Assembly: GCA_016204975.1 (NCBI GenBank)
Contig: JACQJP010000014.1
Coordinates: 1 to 61,492 of the forward strand
Length of the DNA: 61,492 nucleotides
DNA from: Elusimicrobiota bacterium
Lineage (GTDB): Bacteria; Elusimicrobiota; Elusimicrobia; JACQJP01
Reading direction: 5' to 3'
The notes under the pieces are model-generated. The model searched no databases. It had not been told where the DNA came from and was given only the letters and a program-made list of their open reading frames with translations. Made by a program: the position numbers and the translations under genes. This document shows positions 60,886 to 61,492 of this stretch, in pieces (position 1 is the stretch's first letter; the number at the start of each line of letters is the position of its first letter).

Positions 60886-61374
60886 CTATTCCGTGTGTTT
60901 GGCCTCCCTCTGCCCTTCCCGATAGGCTCTGAGGCCCTCGAGAAAGGTATTCCAGGAAAGCAGCGCGCATTTGATGCGCACGGGATATTTTTTTACTCCC
61001 CCAAGCGCCTCCGCAGACTCCAGGGTCTCCGGCAGGTTTTGCGGGGCACCGGGCTGGAGCATGAAGCCTTTGAAGACGTCCACCAACCGGCTGGCTTCGG
61101 AGAGGGTTTTGCCTTCCAGGGCCTCGGTGAGGATCGCGGTGGAGGCTTGAGAGATGGCGCATCCCTGACCCTGGAATCGGGCTTGGGAGATGGTGCCGTT
61201 TTGGAGGTGGGCGGTGAGAATCACTTGATCTCCGCAGAGGGGGTTGACCCCTTCGGCCGCCAAGTCCGCCGGCTCTGCCCGCCCCCGATGGCGGCCGTCT
61301 TGATAGTAGTCCAGCAGGACCTCCCGGTAAAGGTCTTCAAGTTCTGCGTCCGGCTTGGACTTAGGCTCTGTCAC
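60886..61374 (-). CDS. sufU: SUF system NifU-family protein SufU
   Basis: LYREVLLD, NPLCGD, GCAISQAS, PVRIKCALL. Confidence 0.92.
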   Translation of the reverse strand: MTEPKSKPDAELEDLYREVLLDYYQDGRHRGRAEPADLAAEGVNPLCGDQVILTAHLQNGTISQARFQGQGCAISQASTAILTEALEGKTLSEASRLVDVFKGFMLQPGAPQNLPETLESAEALGGVKKYPVRIKCALLSWNTFLEGLRAYREGQREAKHTE

Positions 61375-61393
61375 GAAATTAATGACTCATTTG

Positions 61394-61492
61394 CCAAGTC
61401 AATTTGGGAGCGAGACAAGGCGTGAGGAGCGTGGCATAGCTGGAGGCTATGTGAGCGACGAACAACGCAGTCGCAGCCCCAAAGTGCCTTGG
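61394..61492. repeat. MITE/REP-like structured element (may extend past window end)
   Basis: CCAAGTCAATTTGGG ... CCCAAAGTGCCTTGG inverted ends (13/15); internal CATAGC/GCTATG hairpin. Confidence 0.55.

Overview
Chromosomal window from a GC-rich diderm bacterium spanning the replication origin: mnmE-jag-yidC-yidD-rnpA-rpmH <- oriC/dnaA-dnaN-dciA-gyrB-gyrA ->, with DnaA boxes on both sides of dnaA and a C-rich to G-rich skew switch. Housekeeping genes include glgB, mgtE, mtnA, etfBA, thrC, hom, asd, rplM/rpsI, serS, nadA, a split MetE and SUF accessory genes. The first ~5.4 kb is an AT-richer mosaic of accessory and partly truncated genes. Two regions stand out. (1) 11.1-20.6 kb: a tightly coupled operon of an excisionase-HTH response regulator, a ThDP-dependent enzyme, an O-methyltransferase, an orphan family-5 solute-binding protein, a small membrane protein and a hybrid sensor kinase, preceded by a SphA-type outer-membrane channel. 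This resembles a self-contained 'make a small molecule and sense it' (quorum-sensing-like) cassette; that function is inference. (2) 46.7-54.2 kb: an archease/RtcB RNA-repair locus with a 510-aa LAGLIDADG intein in RtcB. It is interrupted by a secreted FGE/C-type-lectin protein with hallmarks of a diversity-generating-retroelement target (no RT or template repeat in the window) and an HTH + nucleotidyltransferase pair. Two copies of a structured 64-nt repeat with a compensatory base change follow archease and rtcB. All calls are from motif recognition by eye; no searches were run.
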